A stretch of 63,305 bases of DNA, counting the filler, from Octopus bimaculoides (lineage: Eukaryota): NCBI RefSeq assembly GCF_001194135.2. It is 8 parts of 6 records of this genome, joined end to end, with 100 filler letters (N's around TTAATTAATTAA, not from the genome) between each part and the next. Parts side by side here need not be neighbours in the genome. Positions count along the whole stretch, not along the records: positions 62,201 to 63,305 come from NW_026432055.1; 7 more parts are not named here. One strand, written 5' to 3'. The notes under the pieces were generated by a model that did not search any database, was not told the DNA's origin, and saw nothing but the letters and a program-made list of their open reading frames with translations. The position numbers were made by a program, and so were the translations under genes. Shown piece after piece: positions 63,048-63,305 of the stretch (its first letter is position 1; every line of letters starts with the position of its first letter).

Positions 63048-63305
63048 TGAAAATGCCCGAGGGCTAAAATGTTGCCATATTTGATTACGAGGGAAATGCT
63101 AAATTTTCGCTGAGATCAATCAAGGGCATTTACTCCCTTAAGCCCCCTAAATCCGAAAATGAGGGATTTTTGTAAATTTCTTACAATAGCGGAGTTTGGT
63201 GGGTTTGAGGGAGTTTGGCGGGTTTGCCCTTGACTGATCTCGGTGAAAATTTAGTATTTTTCTAGTAATAATATATAGCAAAATTTTAGGCCTCAGGCAT
63301 TTTCA
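63048..63305. mobile_element. Fold-back/MITE with ~80-bp imperfect TIRs, running off the window
   Basis: 63048-63128 is the inverse of 63225-63305; internal 18-bp tandem ggagtttggygggtttg. Confidence 0.75.

Overview
Eukaryotic, AT-rich, repeat-saturated, gappy genomic scaffold. It is most likely an octopus (coleoid cephalopod), judging from the tRNA-derived SINE families and the extreme microsatellite load; this is an inference. No host protein-coding gene can be confidently called. Nearly all long ORFs in the track are microsatellite or N-gap artefacts. The window holds four recurrent repeat families: three tRNA-type SINEs and an RTE LINE tail. It also holds a full-length decayed mariner, Tc1 and Chapaev3-like DNA-transposon relics, L1/Tx1, RTE, R4/Dong-like and probable HERO-like non-LTR fragments, an internally deleted Ty3/Gypsy element with both LTRs, and several fold-back elements. 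The most interesting signal is a set of hammerhead-ribozyme folds. The two best are 57262-57301 and 59189-59269. The first sits in a Penelope-like remnant (GIY-YIG tail plus inverted pseudo-LTRs), with a mirror copy on the other strand cut by a gap. Further decayed cores lie near 4.5, 21.2, 30.1 and 30.4 kb. The 41.3-55.2 kb block looks CpG-depleted, as a methylated gene body would, and carries weak minus-strand exon/microexon candidates. Seven 100-nt gaps contain a synthetic TTAATTAATTAA linker, so long-range adjacency is uncertain.
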